IMG/VR virus record: IMGVR_UViG_3300020438_000019
Location: 16,894 to 80,893 of that record
Strand: one strand, 5' to 3'
Length of the DNA: 64,000 nt
Source of the DNA: a virus
Taxonomy: Duplodnaviria; Caudoviricetes
This document shows, in pieces, positions 1 through 10,394 of this stretch. A program made the translations under genes and the position numbers. Each line of letters opens with the position of its first letter. The first letter of the stretch is position 1. The notes beneath the pieces were generated by a model. That model made no database searches, was not told where the DNA came from, and saw nothing but the letters and a program-made list of their open reading frames with translations.

Positions 1-540
1 GAAGGATCTGGAGACTTCCCAGTTGATAATGACTTCCGTAGAATCGGACTTATTAAAGATCCACTGCAGTGGGGATCAACAAACTTTGCTACTGCAAACA
101 CCCTTTCTGGTGTATACGCCGTAAGAGTTAATGGAACTGGTCTTACTAGTTCTTCTTTCGGAAAAGATAATACAATCACACAAACTTTAAATGGTGGTGC
201 TGGAACTGCTAAAGGAACCGTTGTTTCTTGGACTGCAGATGGTAATGGTAATGGTGGTATTCTTAAGTACTTCCAATCACCTAAAGCACATACTGATAAT
301 GGAGTAGTAAGAGCATTTGAAAATAATTCAAGTTCTGCTATCGTTGATGGTGGTACTTCTGTATCAGTTAACCCTGATAGCACATACTCATCAACTACCG
401 AAGGCGTAACATTTGCAAGTGGTTTGGCGAATCCAGAGATAAAGAACAACTCTGGAGAACTCGTATACATAGAGAACAGGAGACTGATTACAAGAGCTGC
501 TGACCAAATAGAGGACATCAAGCTCGTAATCGAATTCTAA
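1..540 (+). CDS. gp8: baseplate wedge subunit gp8, 3' part (truncated by window)
   Basis: Frame 1 reads EGSGDFPVDNDFRRIGLIKDP...YIENRRLITRAADQIEDIKLVIEF*, the typical C-terminus of cyanomyovirus gp8; lies directly upstream of the VrlC-like gene. Confidence 0.85.
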   Translation, partial: EGSGDFPVDNDFRRIGLIKDPLQWGSTNFATANTLSGVYAVRVNGTGLTSSSFGKDNTITQTLNGGAGTAKGTVVSWTADGNGNGGILKYFQSPKAHTDNGVVRAFENNSSSAIVDGGTSVSVNPDSTYSSTTEGVTFASGLANPEIKNNSGELVYIENRRLITRAADQIEDIKLVIEF

Positions 541-566
541 TCTTCCATGTTAGCTAATGGTTTACG

Positions 567-3500
567 ATGCCACAAAAGACGAATCTAAATGTAAGTCCAT
601 ACTATGATGACTACAGTGCGTCTAAGAATTTTTATCGACTTCTTTTTCGACCTGGATACTCAATACAAGCGAGAGAACTAACTCAACTTCAATCTGTACT
701 CCAAAATCAGATTGAATCTATTGGACGTAAACAATTTAAACAAGGTGATCTAGTTATTCCTGGTGAAGTAGGATTAAACAATAAACTAGATTACGTTAAA
801 CTTTCTTCTGTTACTGAAGTTGCAGTATCAGAGGGAGGTAATATTGTCTTCAAAAAGTATGATATTAAACAACTAGTAGGTCAGACGTTAAAGGGCATCA
901 CATCTGGCGTTACTGGTACAGTTGTATCCACTAGATATAGTACCACTACAACTGCAGACACACTATATGTAAACTATACTAGTAGTGGTAATTCTAATAA
1001 TGAGTCTACTTTTAGACAAGGTGAGACTCTAGAAGTTGTTGCTGGAGTAAATACTCCACTTATGGTAGTTGGAACTGATGGAAGTGTTCTACCTACATCT
1101 ATTACTTTAAAGGATCCTGATACTGATGTAGAGACCTCTATCACCAGTCCAGCAATGGGCTTTGCTTCTGCTGTACAAGTGGAAGAAGGTATTTACTTCG
1201 TTAATGGTCATTTTGTTCGTAATGATTCTGATCTTATAATTCTAGAACCATATATTGATACTCCATCTGCTAAAGTTGGATTTAAGATCACAGAGGCTTT
1301 AATCACTCCTGAAGAGGATGGAACACTCTATGATCAGGCAAGAGGATTTGCAAACTTTAGTGCTCCTGGTGCTCATCGTCTATCGATCACTCTAGGATTA
1401 GCTAAGTATGAGTATAATGCTTCTACAGATAGCAACTTCATACAACTTCTAACTGTTAAGAGGGGATCTGTACAGAAGAAGGTTAAACAAGCAGAATACA
1501 ATGTAATTGAAGAGACTCTAGCTAGAAGAACATATGATGAGTCTGGTGATTATGTTGTTGAAGCATTCCCAACAGAATTAAGAGAGTATTACCAGAAAGA
1601 CGGTAACAAAGGTCTTTATGGTGTAGGTGTTGATGGAACGGTTAATGGATTAACTGTTACTGAAGCATCACAAAAGATGATTGCAGCAGTAGGAGTTGGT
1701 AAAGCATATATTAAGGGTTATGAGATTGTTAATAAAGAGAGTAAGTATCTAACTGTTAACAAATCAAGAGAATCACTTGAGAGAGATAATATAACTCTTA
1801 AGCATAGTGGTCTTGCAAGCTTCTATCTAACTAACACTTATAATTCAGTTCCTTTAAATTCATTTGATGCTGAGTTAACATCATATCCAACATTATATCT
1901 TAATAGTACATTTGGTGATGGATCATTAGGTCTTAATGGTACAGAAGATAAAACTGATGGTAAGGTAATAGCTTCTCACAAGCAAACTCGTAATAGAAGA
2001 GCATTTACATCTGATGCTGATGTAGCAATCAAGACTGTACTTATTAATATTACATCAACTGCTGCTGGTACAACATTTAGCGAAATAGTACCAACTTCAT
2101 GGGAATCATCACATGGAAGTTTCTGGGTAAGAAAAGGTGGTTCTGGTAATGCTAATGAAGCAGTAGAAATTACATCTCTTGCTTATTCCAAATTTAGTGG
2201 TTCTAATGCAGACTTCCCAGCTTCGTTTAAAGGAAGTTCTTCTTATGTTGAATTCACTTTTATCGGACCAAGAGATATTGTTGATACACATTTGAGAGAT
2301 TTCACTACTGTTGATAGTGGTACTGATAATAGAACGAGACTTTATTTCTCAGAAAATGGAGCAGAGCAATCTACTTCAACTGATGTATTTGGTTACATAG
2401 TTTCTTACAGTGAGATGATTGTTCCTACAATTGGTCTTGCTAAGCCTAAGGACTTCCATTTACAAGAAAGAGGTGTTGGATTTAATCCAGATTCTGATAC
2501 TATTCTTTCTAAAGGAAGAATTGCTGGAACAAGTAAATACAATACGACTTTCAAGATGTCGTATTTCAACCCAACATTCTTAACTAAGATAACTGTAGAT
2601 AGTGATATACCAGCTCCTTCAGCAGGTAACATTCCATTCCAAGCTGGTACTTATATTACTGGTAGTAAGAGTGGTGCTTATGGAGTAATAGAAGGATCAC
2701 CAAACGGTCTTCTATCTTCTGGTAATAGAATTTATTGTAAGGTTCTTAATGGAGAGTTTGTTCAAGGAGAAACTATATTTGACGAGAAAGGAAATTCTCT
2801 AAGGATTGCTAGAGAGAATACTATATCCCATTTTGTAGTGGATCATAGAGGAAATAACTATGGTGCATTAGAGACCTTAATTGTAGATGGTGTATCATAT
2901 GATACATCTGTTATAACTTCTACGGTAGATTCTGCAGATGGTTATGCTGCAGCGTCTATTAAAAATAGAGATGCATTATCCAATGTCTACTCATCACCTC
3001 CATCAGTAGCTGTTAAGACTACTTCTACTAGTTTTGTTGCTGGTAATGAAGCAATAGTACGTGCTGTATTGTTTAAGAATGTCGTACAAACATACACACC
3101 ACAGAATGTTAAGTCTATGTGGGCCAGATTTGGTGTAGCACCTGTAGGAGCTTTAGCACCTAATCTATTCACTAGTGATGTTGAGTTGTTTAGAGAGAAG
3201 TATGTTACTAGTACTACTATAACTGACTTTAGTTTTAGTGGTGTAGAGGGCAACCAGTATATTGAGTGTACAGGTTTTGGTGGTGATGCATCGAAGAGTC
3301 TTGTACAAGGAGATTTGGTTCAGTTTAGTGATGCAAACAACAACCTTATTCAGGCAATAGTACAACAGGCAACATCACCACAAGGAACTAAGAAATCAAG
3401 AATATACTTAGATTCTTTACTTCCTTCTACTATAAGTAGTACAACTGTACTAAGAGTAAGACCAAAGATTGCAAATGGATCCAAATCTACTCTAATATTC

Positions 3501-6500
3501 CCAACTGGTAGTAAGCAAATTAAGTCATTAGTTAAAAATGTTGATGATACTGCTATTAAGTACTATCAAAGAAAAGATTTTGTACTAGATTCATCTTCTA
3601 CTGGTGGAACAGTAACATTTAAGGCACAGTTAGAATTTGGTACACAGAAATTTGTAGAGTTTAGAGAGACCAATTTTATTCTTACTGTTCTTAAGAAAGG
3701 AAATGCAACTGCTGTAGAAACTGGAGATATTGTATTCGTTCCATCTTCTGCTGTAGATGTTGCAACGTCTACTGATACTGCTAGTGGATTAACTGCTGGT
3801 AGCGTTAGTATAGCACTTCCTACTAATTATTTTGGTGCTCTTTCAGGTGGTACTGCTTATCCAACACTTAAGCTTACAGCAACATTAGAGATTACTAAGT
3901 CTAGACCTAGGTTGAAGACAATTGTTAAAAACAAGCAGATTGTTATTACTCCAGAAGGAGACAGGGTTCTTCCTCTAAGAGGACAGGATATCAATGCAAC
4001 TGAAATTAATGCAGTATCATATTCTGATGTTATTAAGCTTAACTATGTTTATGAAGGTTCCACAACTGCACCTCCAAATGTAGATACTGCTGGTAATCTA
4101 ATTAGCGGTACTGATGTAACTAGTAGATTCACATTTGATGATGGTCAACGTGATACTTTATATGATGTATCACGTATTGTTCTCAAACCTGGTTTTGATT
4201 TACCTAATGGTCAGTTATTAGCATCTTTTGATTACTTCGATCATTCACAAGGTGATTTCTGTGTGGTTGATTCTTATGTACATGAAGCAGGTGTTTCTGC
4301 TGATGATATTCCCACATTCAACTCATCTGTATATGGTATAACAAATCTCAGAGATGTTATTGACTTTAGACCAAAAGTTGATACTGAAGCTACCATCACT
4401 GGTTTCCAAGATAAGTCGATTTACACAGAGTCTTCTTTCAACGAATTTACTGGTAGTGGTGGTGTTGTTTCTAGTTGTCCAGCATCAGATTCAAATCTAC
4501 CTTACACTATATCATTCTATCAGAATCAATATCTTGATAGAATTGATGGTATCTTCTTGACTAAGAAAGGTGAATTTATAGTTAAGGAAGGTAACTCTTC
4601 ACTTAACCCATCAAGACCAGAGGGTATTGATGATGCTGTACCTTTAACTTATCTTTACATACCTGCATATACTACAACAAGTAATGATGTTCGTGTTATC
4701 CCTGTTGATAACAAGCGTTATACAATGCGTGATATCGGTAAGTTAGAGAAGCGTGTAGAAAGGTTAGAGTACTATACACTCCTCAGTGTTCTTGAGCAGC
4801 AAGCATTAAATATGCAGATCAAGGATGAAGTAGGACTTGAAAGATTCAAGAGTGGATTTGTTGTAGATAACTTTGAGACTCATAAGGTAGGTAACCTTAA
4901 GTCTATTGATTATAGGTGTTCTATTGATACAAAGCAATCTGTATTGAGAGCACAGTCTAAAGAAGACTCATTTGATCTTGTTGAGGTTAATACAAAAGAA
5001 GATGAAAGAGTAGTTTCTGGATATAGGAGATCTAGTGATGTTATTACTCTTCCATATTCTAATCTATCGTTATTAGATAATAGCTTTGCTACAAAGACTA
5101 TTAACCCAAACCCATTTGTTGTTATTCAATATGTTGGTGATGCATCCCTCGATACACCTGTAGATTCATGGTATGAGAATACTGATGCTCCTTTAATATC
5201 TGATAACAATACTTCACTCTATACTATATTCCTTGCTAAGGATAATGTACGTGATGCATACTCAAGCTTGTATAATTCTTATTCAGTAAACTGGGTTGGA
5301 TCAAATCAGAACTTCTTTAATATCGGACCTCTTTCTGATATTAACTCAGATCAAGTATCATCTACAGTTAAGATTGCTAATGTAGCAAGTTCATCTAATA
5401 TCAGTCCACAGAATAATGAGACTGGTAAAGGTATTAATACGAAGTTAGTTGGTGAGACTGCTGTTGCTACTTCATTGCAGCAATTTGCTAGATCTAAGGC
5501 AGTTAAGTTTACTGTTCGTAGGATGAAGCCTAATACAAAGATCTATCCTTTCATAGAGGGTAGGAGTGTTAGTAGATGGACTACTCCTGATCTAAGATTT
5601 ACAGGAATTCCTGGTAATTCATTATCAACATTTGGATCTGATATTATCACAGATGATGGTGGTAATGCTAGTGGTCTTATTATAATACCTAATGGTTATG
5701 CCCCAACACAAGGAACTACTTGGAATAACTATATCTACAATACAAGTTACGATACCACTTCTGAACAGTTACAATTCACAACTGGTGAGAAAACAATTAG
5801 ATTTACTTCGAGCTCTACAGATAGTAATAAAGACACTGTAGAAACATACACTGAAGTTAAGTACTACCCAACAGGTATACTACCTGCTAATCCTGGTAGT
5901 ATCGTTTCAACATTACCTGCATACCTTAAGTCTAACGAAGGTAAGCAGATTGTTGATCTTGATACAAGTACACAGAAGAAACCAAGTCCATTAGCACAAA
6001 CATTTAAGGTAGAAGGATATGATGGTGGTGTATTTGTTACTAGTTTGTATCTCTTCTTCAATAAAAAGGCATCTAAGGTTCCAGTAAGAACTTATATTAC
6101 TAATACAGTAAGTGGTAAGCCAGGAACTTATATTGTTCCTGGTACAGAGAAGACTATTTCTCCTGAAACCAAGTTAAAGTTTTATGTATCACAAGAAACA
6201 TCTCTTGAGGTTGGTGAAATTGTAACTGGACAAATATCAGGTGCTACTGGACCTATATTTAAAATATTTGATAGAACTGGTATTGAAGTATTACCAGGAG
6301 CTGCAGATAAGATTCCAGTATCAGCAGATCAGGTATATACACTAGTTCTTTCTAATAACAATGGTAATTCGTTCCAATCAGGGGAACAACTTATTGCTCC
6401 ATCAATAACTCTAGCGAATAATACAAATAACACTTCAATATCTGTTAGTATTGCTAAGGATTCTGGATCAGTTGTTGATCTTAAGGTCATTAGTGCTGGA

Positions 6501-8780
6501 TCTAATTATGATAGTGCAGCAATGACTATTGAGAGTCCACAGTTACCAGGTGGTACTACTGCAACTGGAACACTAGGAATATCTGGTGGTAAGTTATTCA
6601 ATTCTGAAGTTTCTATATCTGGTTCTGGATATACAAGTTCTCCATCTATTGTTATTGCTGGAACTGGTTCTGGTAATGCTGGTGCTGCTGTAGAAGCAGT
6701 TGTAGATATTGATACACCTGCAGTTAGAATGGGTGTAGCGACTAATTTGGTAACTGATGTTGCTGGTAGTGTATCAACTGATTTTGAATTTGATTATCCT
6801 GTATATTTACAGAATGATACAGAGTATGCTTTTGTTATCGAAACCGATTCTACAGATTATGAAGTATGGGCTTCTGAAGTTGGAGAACCTGCAGGTTCAG
6901 GAACTGTTACAGTACAACCTGGATTGGGATCTGTTTATAGATCACAGAATGTAGATTCTTGGACAGAGAACCTTAAGGAAGATATTAAGTTCCAGCTTAA
7001 CAGAGCAGAGTTTGATATTTCTAGGACTGCTAGTGTTATGTTAACAAACGATAACATAGGTTATGAAACTATGGATGCTAATTCCATACGTACAAGTGCT
7101 GAAGCAAGTAGTAGTGCAACTCTAGAAAGATTTAGAGGAAATAATAAGTATATTGAAGTTACACATAGAGATCACGGATTTGAAGATAGTGGTAAGTCAT
7201 TTGCATTCTTCAAGGGTCTTAAAGAGACTGGTGGTATCTCAGCATCTTCTATGAATACTACATTATTCACAGTTGAGAACTCTGGTATTGATTCATTTAA
7301 TATTGTATCTACAACTAATGCAAGCTCTAATGCTATTGGTGGTGGATCAGGTGGATTAATTTCTCTCAATAAGAAATTTGAGAAATTGTATGCTGATATT
7401 GGTTATCTATCATTCCCACAAACAAAAATAGAATCATCTGTTAAAACAACTAACATAGTTTCCGCAGATAGTGGTCCTGTTAATTATGGTTCTTATTCTC
7501 AATCTGATTATGAAAAAACATTTATTAAACAAGAACATTTCTTTATAAACCAGAAGGTGTTAGCTTCTAGAATTAATGCATTAAGAAATGATATTGCAAA
7601 TTCTTTAGTTTATAAGTTAGATCTTTCATCTACTCAATCAACACTATCTCCTATTATCGATCTTAGAACTAGTTCTGTTAAGACTATATCTAATAGGATC
7701 GAGAATCCTACTGGAAGTGAGAATAGGTATGGTAGACAGAATCAAATCGTAAAGCTTTATCCAATTGTTACATTTGCTATAACAGGTCATAGTGGTGCTG
7801 CTATAACAGTTCCTCAGGCTATCAATAGTACAACTGTAGCTGCTACATCAGAGGTTGCTGATATTGCTGGTGGTGCTGGTACTGTTATAGGTTGGGATAG
7901 TGGTACAAGTACAATGACTGTTCAGGTAACTAATGAAGGAACCTTTAAAGCAAGAGAAGTACTAACACTTGGAACTGATACATCTTTGAATTGTACAGTT
8001 ACAGATGCTGGATCCAGTCTTAAAACACCTACATTTACTGTAGGTACAACTGTTAATCGATACAACGAACAGCAAACAACAACTTCAGATACTACTGATG
8101 ATCTATATCTAGATAAGATTAGTGGTGTAGTTGTTGAATGGGATGCTAAGACTCAAGAACTAGTATTGTTTAATAATAAACAACCTATCAATGATGACTT
8201 TACTTCTAAAGTAACAGCACTTTCACCTTATGAAAGAAAGAAGGATCCAACAGATCAACAGAATGATATATTCAGGGTTACTGATCTACTTAGTTTTGTT
8301 GGTCAAGAAGCTAATACTGAAACTTGGTGGGAAGTAAAAACTGCAACATTACAAAATGGTGTGGGGTATGTTTCTGAAGATTCCTCTAAGAATACTTCTG
8401 GTGTTGCTAAGTATGTTACTAAGGAAATTGCTATAGAGAATCCAGGTACATCAATCGATGTTAAGCTTACTGCTAACTTAAGAAATATTGATGATATTAA
8501 AGTTCTTTATAAGATTAAGGAAGAATCAAGCGAAGTTAATTTTGATGATATTGAATGGAAGTTCTTTAATGAAGATGGTAAGGCTGATATTGAATTAGCT
8601 CCTACTCCAGAGAATGAAATATCTGGTCTCTTTGAGAAGCAAGATTCATATCAGGAGATTCCATTTAGTATCTCTAACTTACCTGAGTTTACTTCCTTTG
8701 CAGTTAAGGTTGTTATGAATTCTGATAATCCAGCATACGTACCTAAACTACAAGATATAAGAGCAGTAGCATCCTTCTAA
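567..8780 (+). CDS. large virion structural protein, VrlC-like (DUF4815-type), 2737 aa
   Basis: N-terminus MPQKTNLNVSPYYDDY...RPGYSIQARELTQLQS and internal RYTMRDIGKLEKRVERLEYYT / FKSGFVVDNF motifs; position after gp8. Confidence 0.85.
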   Translation: MPQKTNLNVSPYYDDYSASKNFYRLLFRPGYSIQARELTQLQSVLQNQIESIGRKQFKQGDLVIPGEVGLNNKLDYVKLSSVTEVAVSEGGNIVFKKYDIKQLVGQTLKGITSGVTGTVVSTRYSTTTTADTLYVNYTSSGNSNNESTFRQGETLEVVAGVNTPLMVVGTDGSVLPTSITLKDPDTDVETSITSPAMGFASAVQVEEGIYFVNGHFVRNDSDLIILEPYIDTPSAKVGFKITEALITPEEDGTLYDQARGFANFSAPGAHRLSITLGLAKYEYNASTDSNFIQLLTVKRGSVQKKVKQAEYNVIEETLARRTYDESGDYVVEAFPTELREYYQKDGNKGLYGVGVDGTVNGLTVTEASQKMIAAVGVGKAYIKGYEIVNKESKYLTVNKSRESLERDNITLKHSGLASFYLTNTYNSVPLNSFDAELTSYPTLYLNSTFGDGSLGLNGTEDKTDGKVIASHKQTRNRRAFTSDADVAIKTVLINITSTAAGTTFSEIVPTSWESSHGSFWVRKGGSGNANEAVEITSLAYSKFSGSNADFPASFKGSSSYVEFTFIGPRDIVDTHLRDFTTVDSGTDNRTRLYFSENGAEQSTSTDVFGYIVSYSEMIVPTIGLAKPKDFHLQERGVGFNPDSDTILSKGRIAGTSKYNTTFKMSYFNPTFLTKITVDSDIPAPSAGNIPFQAGTYITGSKSGAYGVIEGSPNGLLSSGNRIYCKVLNGEFVQGETIFDEKGNSLRIARENTISHFVVDHRGNNYGALETLIVDGVSYDTSVITSTVDSADGYAAASIKNRDALSNVYSSPPSVAVKTTSTSFVAGNEAIVRAVLFKNVVQTYTPQNVKSMWARFGVAPVGALAPNLFTSDVELFREKYVTSTTITDFSFSGVEGNQYIECTGFGGDASKSLVQGDLVQFSDANNNLIQAIVQQATSPQGTKKSRIYLDSLLPSTISSTTVLRVRPKIANGSKSTLIFPTGSKQIKSLVKNVDDTAIKYYQRKDFVLDSSSTGGTVTFKAQLEFGTQKFVEFRETNFILTVLKKGNATAVETGDIVFVPSSAVDVATSTDTASGLTAGSVSIALPTNYFGALSGGTAYPTLKLTATLEITKSRPRLKTIVKNKQIVITPEGDRVLPLRGQDINATEINAVSYSDVIKLNYVYEGSTTAPPNVDTAGNLISGTDVTSRFTFDDGQRDTLYDVSRIVLKPGFDLPNGQLLASFDYFDHSQGDFCVVDSYVHEAGVSADDIPTFNSSVYGITNLRDVIDFRPKVDTEATITGFQDKSIYTESSFNEFTGSGGVVSSCPASDSNLPYTISFYQNQYLDRIDGIFLTKKGEFIVKEGNSSLNPSRPEGIDDAVPLTYLYIPAYTTTSNDVRVIPVDNKRYTMRDIGKLEKRVERLEYYTLLSVLEQQALNMQIKDEVGLERFKSGFVVDNFETHKVGNLKSIDYRCSIDTKQSVLRAQSKEDSFDLVEVNTKEDERVVSGYRRSSDVITLPYSNLSLLDNSFATKTINPNPFVVIQYVGDASLDTPVDSWYENTDAPLISDNNTSLYTIFLAKDNVRDAYSSLYNSYSVNWVGSNQNFFNIGPLSDINSDQVSSTVKIANVASSSNISPQNNETGKGINTKLVGETAVATSLQQFARSKAVKFTVRRMKPNTKIYPFIEGRSVSRWTTPDLRFTGIPGNSLSTFGSDIITDDGGNASGLIIIPNGYAPTQGTTWNNYIYNTSYDTTSEQLQFTTGEKTIRFTSSSTDSNKDTVETYTEVKYYPTGILPANPGSIVSTLPAYLKSNEGKQIVDLDTSTQKKPSPLAQTFKVEGYDGGVFVTSLYLFFNKKASKVPVRTYITNTVSGKPGTYIVPGTEKTISPETKLKFYVSQETSLEVGEIVTGQISGATGPIFKIFDRTGIEVLPGAADKIPVSADQVYTLVLSNNNGNSFQSGEQLIAPSITLANNTNNTSISVSIAKDSGSVVDLKVISAGSNYDSAAMTIESPQLPGGTTATGTLGISGGKLFNSEVSISGSGYTSSPSIVIAGTGSGNAGAAVEAVVDIDTPAVRMGVATNLVTDVAGSVSTDFEFDYPVYLQNDTEYAFVIETDSTDYEVWASEVGEPAGSGTVTVQPGLGSVYRSQNVDSWTENLKEDIKFQLNRAEFDISRTASVMLTNDNIGYETMDANSIRTSAEASSSATLERFRGNNKYIEVTHRDHGFEDSGKSFAFFKGLKETGGISASSMNTTLFTVENSGIDSFNIVSTTNASSNAIGGGSGGLISLNKKFEKLYADIGYLSFPQTKIESSVKTTNIVSADSGPVNYGSYSQSDYEKTFIKQEHFFINQKVLASRINALRNDIANSLVYKLDLSSTQSTLSPIIDLRTSSVKTISNRIENPTGSENRYGRQNQIVKLYPIVTFAITGHSGAAITVPQAINSTTVAATSEVADIAGGAGTVIGWDSGTSTMTVQVTNEGTFKAREVLTLGTDTSLNCTVTDAGSSLKTPTFTVGTTVNRYNEQQTTTSDTTDDLYLDKISGVVVEWDAKTQELVLFNNKQPINDDFTSKVTALSPYERKKDPTDQQNDIFRVTDLLSFVGQEANTETWWEVKTATLQNGVGYVSEDSSKNTSGVAKYVTKEIAIENPGTSIDVKLTANLRNIDDIKVLYKIKEESSEVNFDDIEWKFFNEDGKADIELAPTPENEISGLFEKQDSYQEIPFSISNLPEFTSFAVKVVMNSDNPAYVPKLQDIRAVASF

Positions 8781-8977
8781 TGGATATCCAAGTAGAAGGT
8801 GAGGACGGTCTTTATAGAGACTCGAAAACTGGTGCTATAATTAATAAGGATAAGAAAGCATTTGATCAGATTAGAGCAGCAAGAGCTCGGTCAAGATACT
8901 CTGATATTGAATTGCAGATGGTAAAATCCGAACTAGCTGAGCTAAAATCGATGATCCATGCTATAATAAATAAGTAA
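8780..8977 (+). CDS. conserved cyanophage hypothetical protein (65 aa, coiled-coil C-terminus)
   Basis: TAATG overlap with upstream gene; VEGEDGLYRDSKTGAIIN motif. Confidence 0.7.
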   Translation: MDIQVEGEDGLYRDSKTGAIINKDKKAFDQIRAARARSRYSDIELQMVKSELAELKSMIHAIINK

Positions 8978-8992
8978 GATCGATCACTTATC

Positions 8993-9235
8993 ATGACCCA
9001 AACACCAAATGCTGCTCCTATGGAACCAGCACAGTTGAGAGAAGAGTTTACTAAACAACTTTCTGATGCTAACGATAAAATTACTAAGGCAGAGACAGAA
9101 CTTATTCGTCTTAGAGAGTATCGCACAAAGCTTCAGGGTGGACTAGAAACCCTTGGTATTTTATCTGGTGAGGTTAATGCTGAACCACTACCAGTACCAG
9201 AAACGGAAACACCCGAAACACCTCCAACTGAATAA
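8993..9235 (+). CDS. hypothetical coiled-coil protein (80 aa)
   Basis: ORF track; ATAAATA late-promoter-like motif just upstream (~8966). Confidence 0.65.
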   Translation: MTQTPNAAPMEPAQLREEFTKQLSDANDKITKAETELIRLREYRTKLQGGLETLGILSGEVNAEPLPVPETETPETPPTE

Positions 9236-9273
9236 CAAAGTTCCCCCTCGCTAAATAGTGAGGGGTTCTTTGT
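9235..9273 (+). terminator. hairpin (intrinsic terminator-like) whose loop is the late-promoter core TAAATA
   Basis: CCCCTCGC-TAAATA-GTGAGGGG followed by TTCTTT; outer ACAAAG/CTTTGT pairing. Confidence 0.6.
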
Positions 9274-9280
9274 ATGTACG

Positions 9281-9616
9281 ATGGCTGCTATACCAATAAA
9301 TTTAATTTGCGAGAAAGGAACTGACTTTAATGCAACCTTTAATATTCAGAATGAAGCGAATACAACACCGTTAAATTTAACTGGTTATAGTGCTGTAGCG
9401 AAATTGAAAAAGAGTTTTACTTCATCTACATCAACAGACTTTACAGTTGACTTTCCAGACAGATATAACGGACAATTATCAATAGCCCTTCCTAATGCTA
9501 CATCAACTACCTTAGAAGCTCGAAGGTATGTTTATGATATTCTCTTGACTGCACCTTCGGGTACTAAGTCTAGAGTTATTGAAGGAATACTAGAAGTAAC
9601 ACCTGGAGTTTCCTGA
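9281..9616 (+). CDS. putative baseplate/tail-associated structural protein (111 aa)
   Basis: LNLTGYSAVAKLKKS...YVYDILL...RVIEG pattern common in cyanophage tail regions. Confidence 0.6.
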   Translation: MAAIPINLICEKGTDFNATFNIQNEANTTPLNLTGYSAVAKLKKSFTSSTSTDFTVDFPDRYNGQLSIALPNATSTTLEARRYVYDILLTAPSGTKSRVIEGILEVTPGVS

Positions 9617-10320
9617 TGCCTACCTATAATGTATCAGTACAATCTCAAAACTATAATATAGTTTCTGAGGCTAAGAAGAAATTTGCAGTTGGTGTAAATT
9701 ATGATATTCCTGCAAAATATTTGCAGAATAACAATGAGGTTCTTGATGATTTCACTGCTCAGTTCGATGGAACTAAGACAGAGTTTGATCTAACAGAAGG
9801 AGGAACTCCATACTTTCCAACAAATGAAGGACAGTTGATTGTTTCTATCAATGGATTACTTCAACATCCAGGAGTAGATTATACTGTTAGTGGGAGTAAG
9901 ATAATATTCCCAACTCCACCTTCTGCTGGAGATAAACTTTTCACTGTTGCTCAATCAACAACTGCAGATCTTACCAGAACAATTAACTTTGTTTATGGTA
10001 GTGGTTCTGTAGATATGAACACTGGAGAAAAAGGTGAACTACAAATAGATGTAACTGGAAGAATCCAGTCGTGGACACTAACTTCTGATGTGGTTGGTAT
10101 TCTTATTATGGACGTACAGAAATGTACATTCAATGATTTTCCTAACTTCCAGACTATATGTGGTGGTGATAAACCAACCATTAATGGAAACTTGAAAGCA
10201 TCTGGTGATGTTTTAACTAATTGGGATCAAGATTTAATGGCTGGGGATATGCTACGGTTCCGAGTTGATCAGGTAAACCAGATCAGGAGATTTATGTTAT
10301 CTCTTAAAGTTTTCCTTTGA
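9616..10320 (+). CDS. putative tail/baseplate structural protein (234 aa)
   Basis: FDGTKTEFDL...LIVSINGLLQHPGVDYTVSGSKIIFPTPP module typical of baseplate/fibre proteins. Confidence 0.6.
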   Translation: MPTYNVSVQSQNYNIVSEAKKKFAVGVNYDIPAKYLQNNNEVLDDFTAQFDGTKTEFDLTEGGTPYFPTNEGQLIVSINGLLQHPGVDYTVSGSKIIFPTPPSAGDKLFTVAQSTTADLTRTINFVYGSGSVDMNTGEKGELQIDVTGRIQSWTLTSDVVGILIMDVQKCTFNDFPNFQTICGGDKPTINGNLKASGDVLTNWDQDLMAGDMLRFRVDQVNQIRRFMLSLKVFL

Positions 10321-10344
10321 TAAATAATCGAGGAGCGATTATTT

Positions 10345-10352
10345 TATAAATA
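10345..10352 (+). promoter_or_regulatory. T4-type late promoter
   Basis: Exact TATAAATA upstream of the 10395 ORF; second ATAAATA at 10320. Confidence 0.75.
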
Positions 10353-10394
10353 AACGTAAGCAAGCAACACAAACGATTTTCGGAGACAAATTAA

